A DNA stretch of 39,001 nucleotides from Bacteroidales bacterium (lineage in GTDB: Bacteria; Bacteroidota; Bacteroidia; Bacteroidales; CAIWKO01), in the NCBI GenBank assembly GCA_035389045.1, contig DAOORA010000040.1:1-39001 (forward strand). The letters run 5' to 3'. A program made the translations under genes and the position numbers. The notes under the pieces are model-generated. The model was given only the letters and a program-made list of their open reading frames with translations. It was not told where the DNA came from and searched no databases. Of the stretch, positions 38,886-39,001 are shown in pieces (the stretch's first letter is position 1; every line of letters begins with the position of its first letter).

Positions 38886-38948
38886 GCCATATAAGACAGC
38901 CTCATTTTTTATCATTTTATTTAAATTTGTAAACTTGAATAACATCTA

Positions 38949-39001
38949 ATGGAACAACAAGCACTAAAAAAATCAGGCTTCAAAAGTTTTCCCCGGAACT
39001 T
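38949..39001 (+). CDS. 5' end of a CDS truncated by the window edge (MEQQALKKSGFKSFPRN...), possibly an MFS transporter
   Basis: ATG after an A-rich leader, TAAATTTG -7 element at 38922-38929, open to the window end. The product guess rests only on the FKSFPRN N-terminus. Confidence 0.45.
   Translation, partial: MEQQALKKSGFKSFPRN

Overview
Chromosomal region of a Bacteroidota bacterium, probably an anaerobic Bacteroidales lineage. Support: TAnnTTTG -7 promoter elements, long-form IspG, a T9SS cargo protein, Gln at +1 after signal peptides, and the porG-uppS-bamA-skp-skp block. Layout: (1) 145-9709, a four-gene signalling operon: YfiR/DUF4154-coiled-coil-TM-PAS histidine kinase, stand-alone Rcp1-like receiver, REC-7xPAS kinase, and PAS-GAF-kinase-REC hybrid. 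(2) A 190-bp MITE-like element containing two nested small repeats. (3) tyrS, ispG, DUF1697, a secreted YKSDA-repeat (DUF6150-like) protein, purS, pssA. (4) Hydrolase-TPR lipoprotein, porin, HD protein, TlpA. (5) The CBS-nadK-DUF6089x2-uppS-bamA-skp-skp block, divergent from pdxJ. (6) M28/glutaminyl cyclase, SDR, T9SS beta-helix protein, an extremely basic low-complexity lipoprotein, S46 peptidase, TMTC-like glycosyltransferase, a DUF2231-rubrerythrin fusion, a second nested repeat element and the start of another CDS. No rRNA, tRNA, CRISPR array, phage gene or transposase was seen. The most unusual items are the nested non-coding repeats, the membrane-anchored rubrerythrin lacking its last ExxH motif, the polycationic [DG]SF-repeat lipoprotein, and the YfiR sensor on a stalk of about 145 residues. 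All family assignments come from motif recognition, not database searches.
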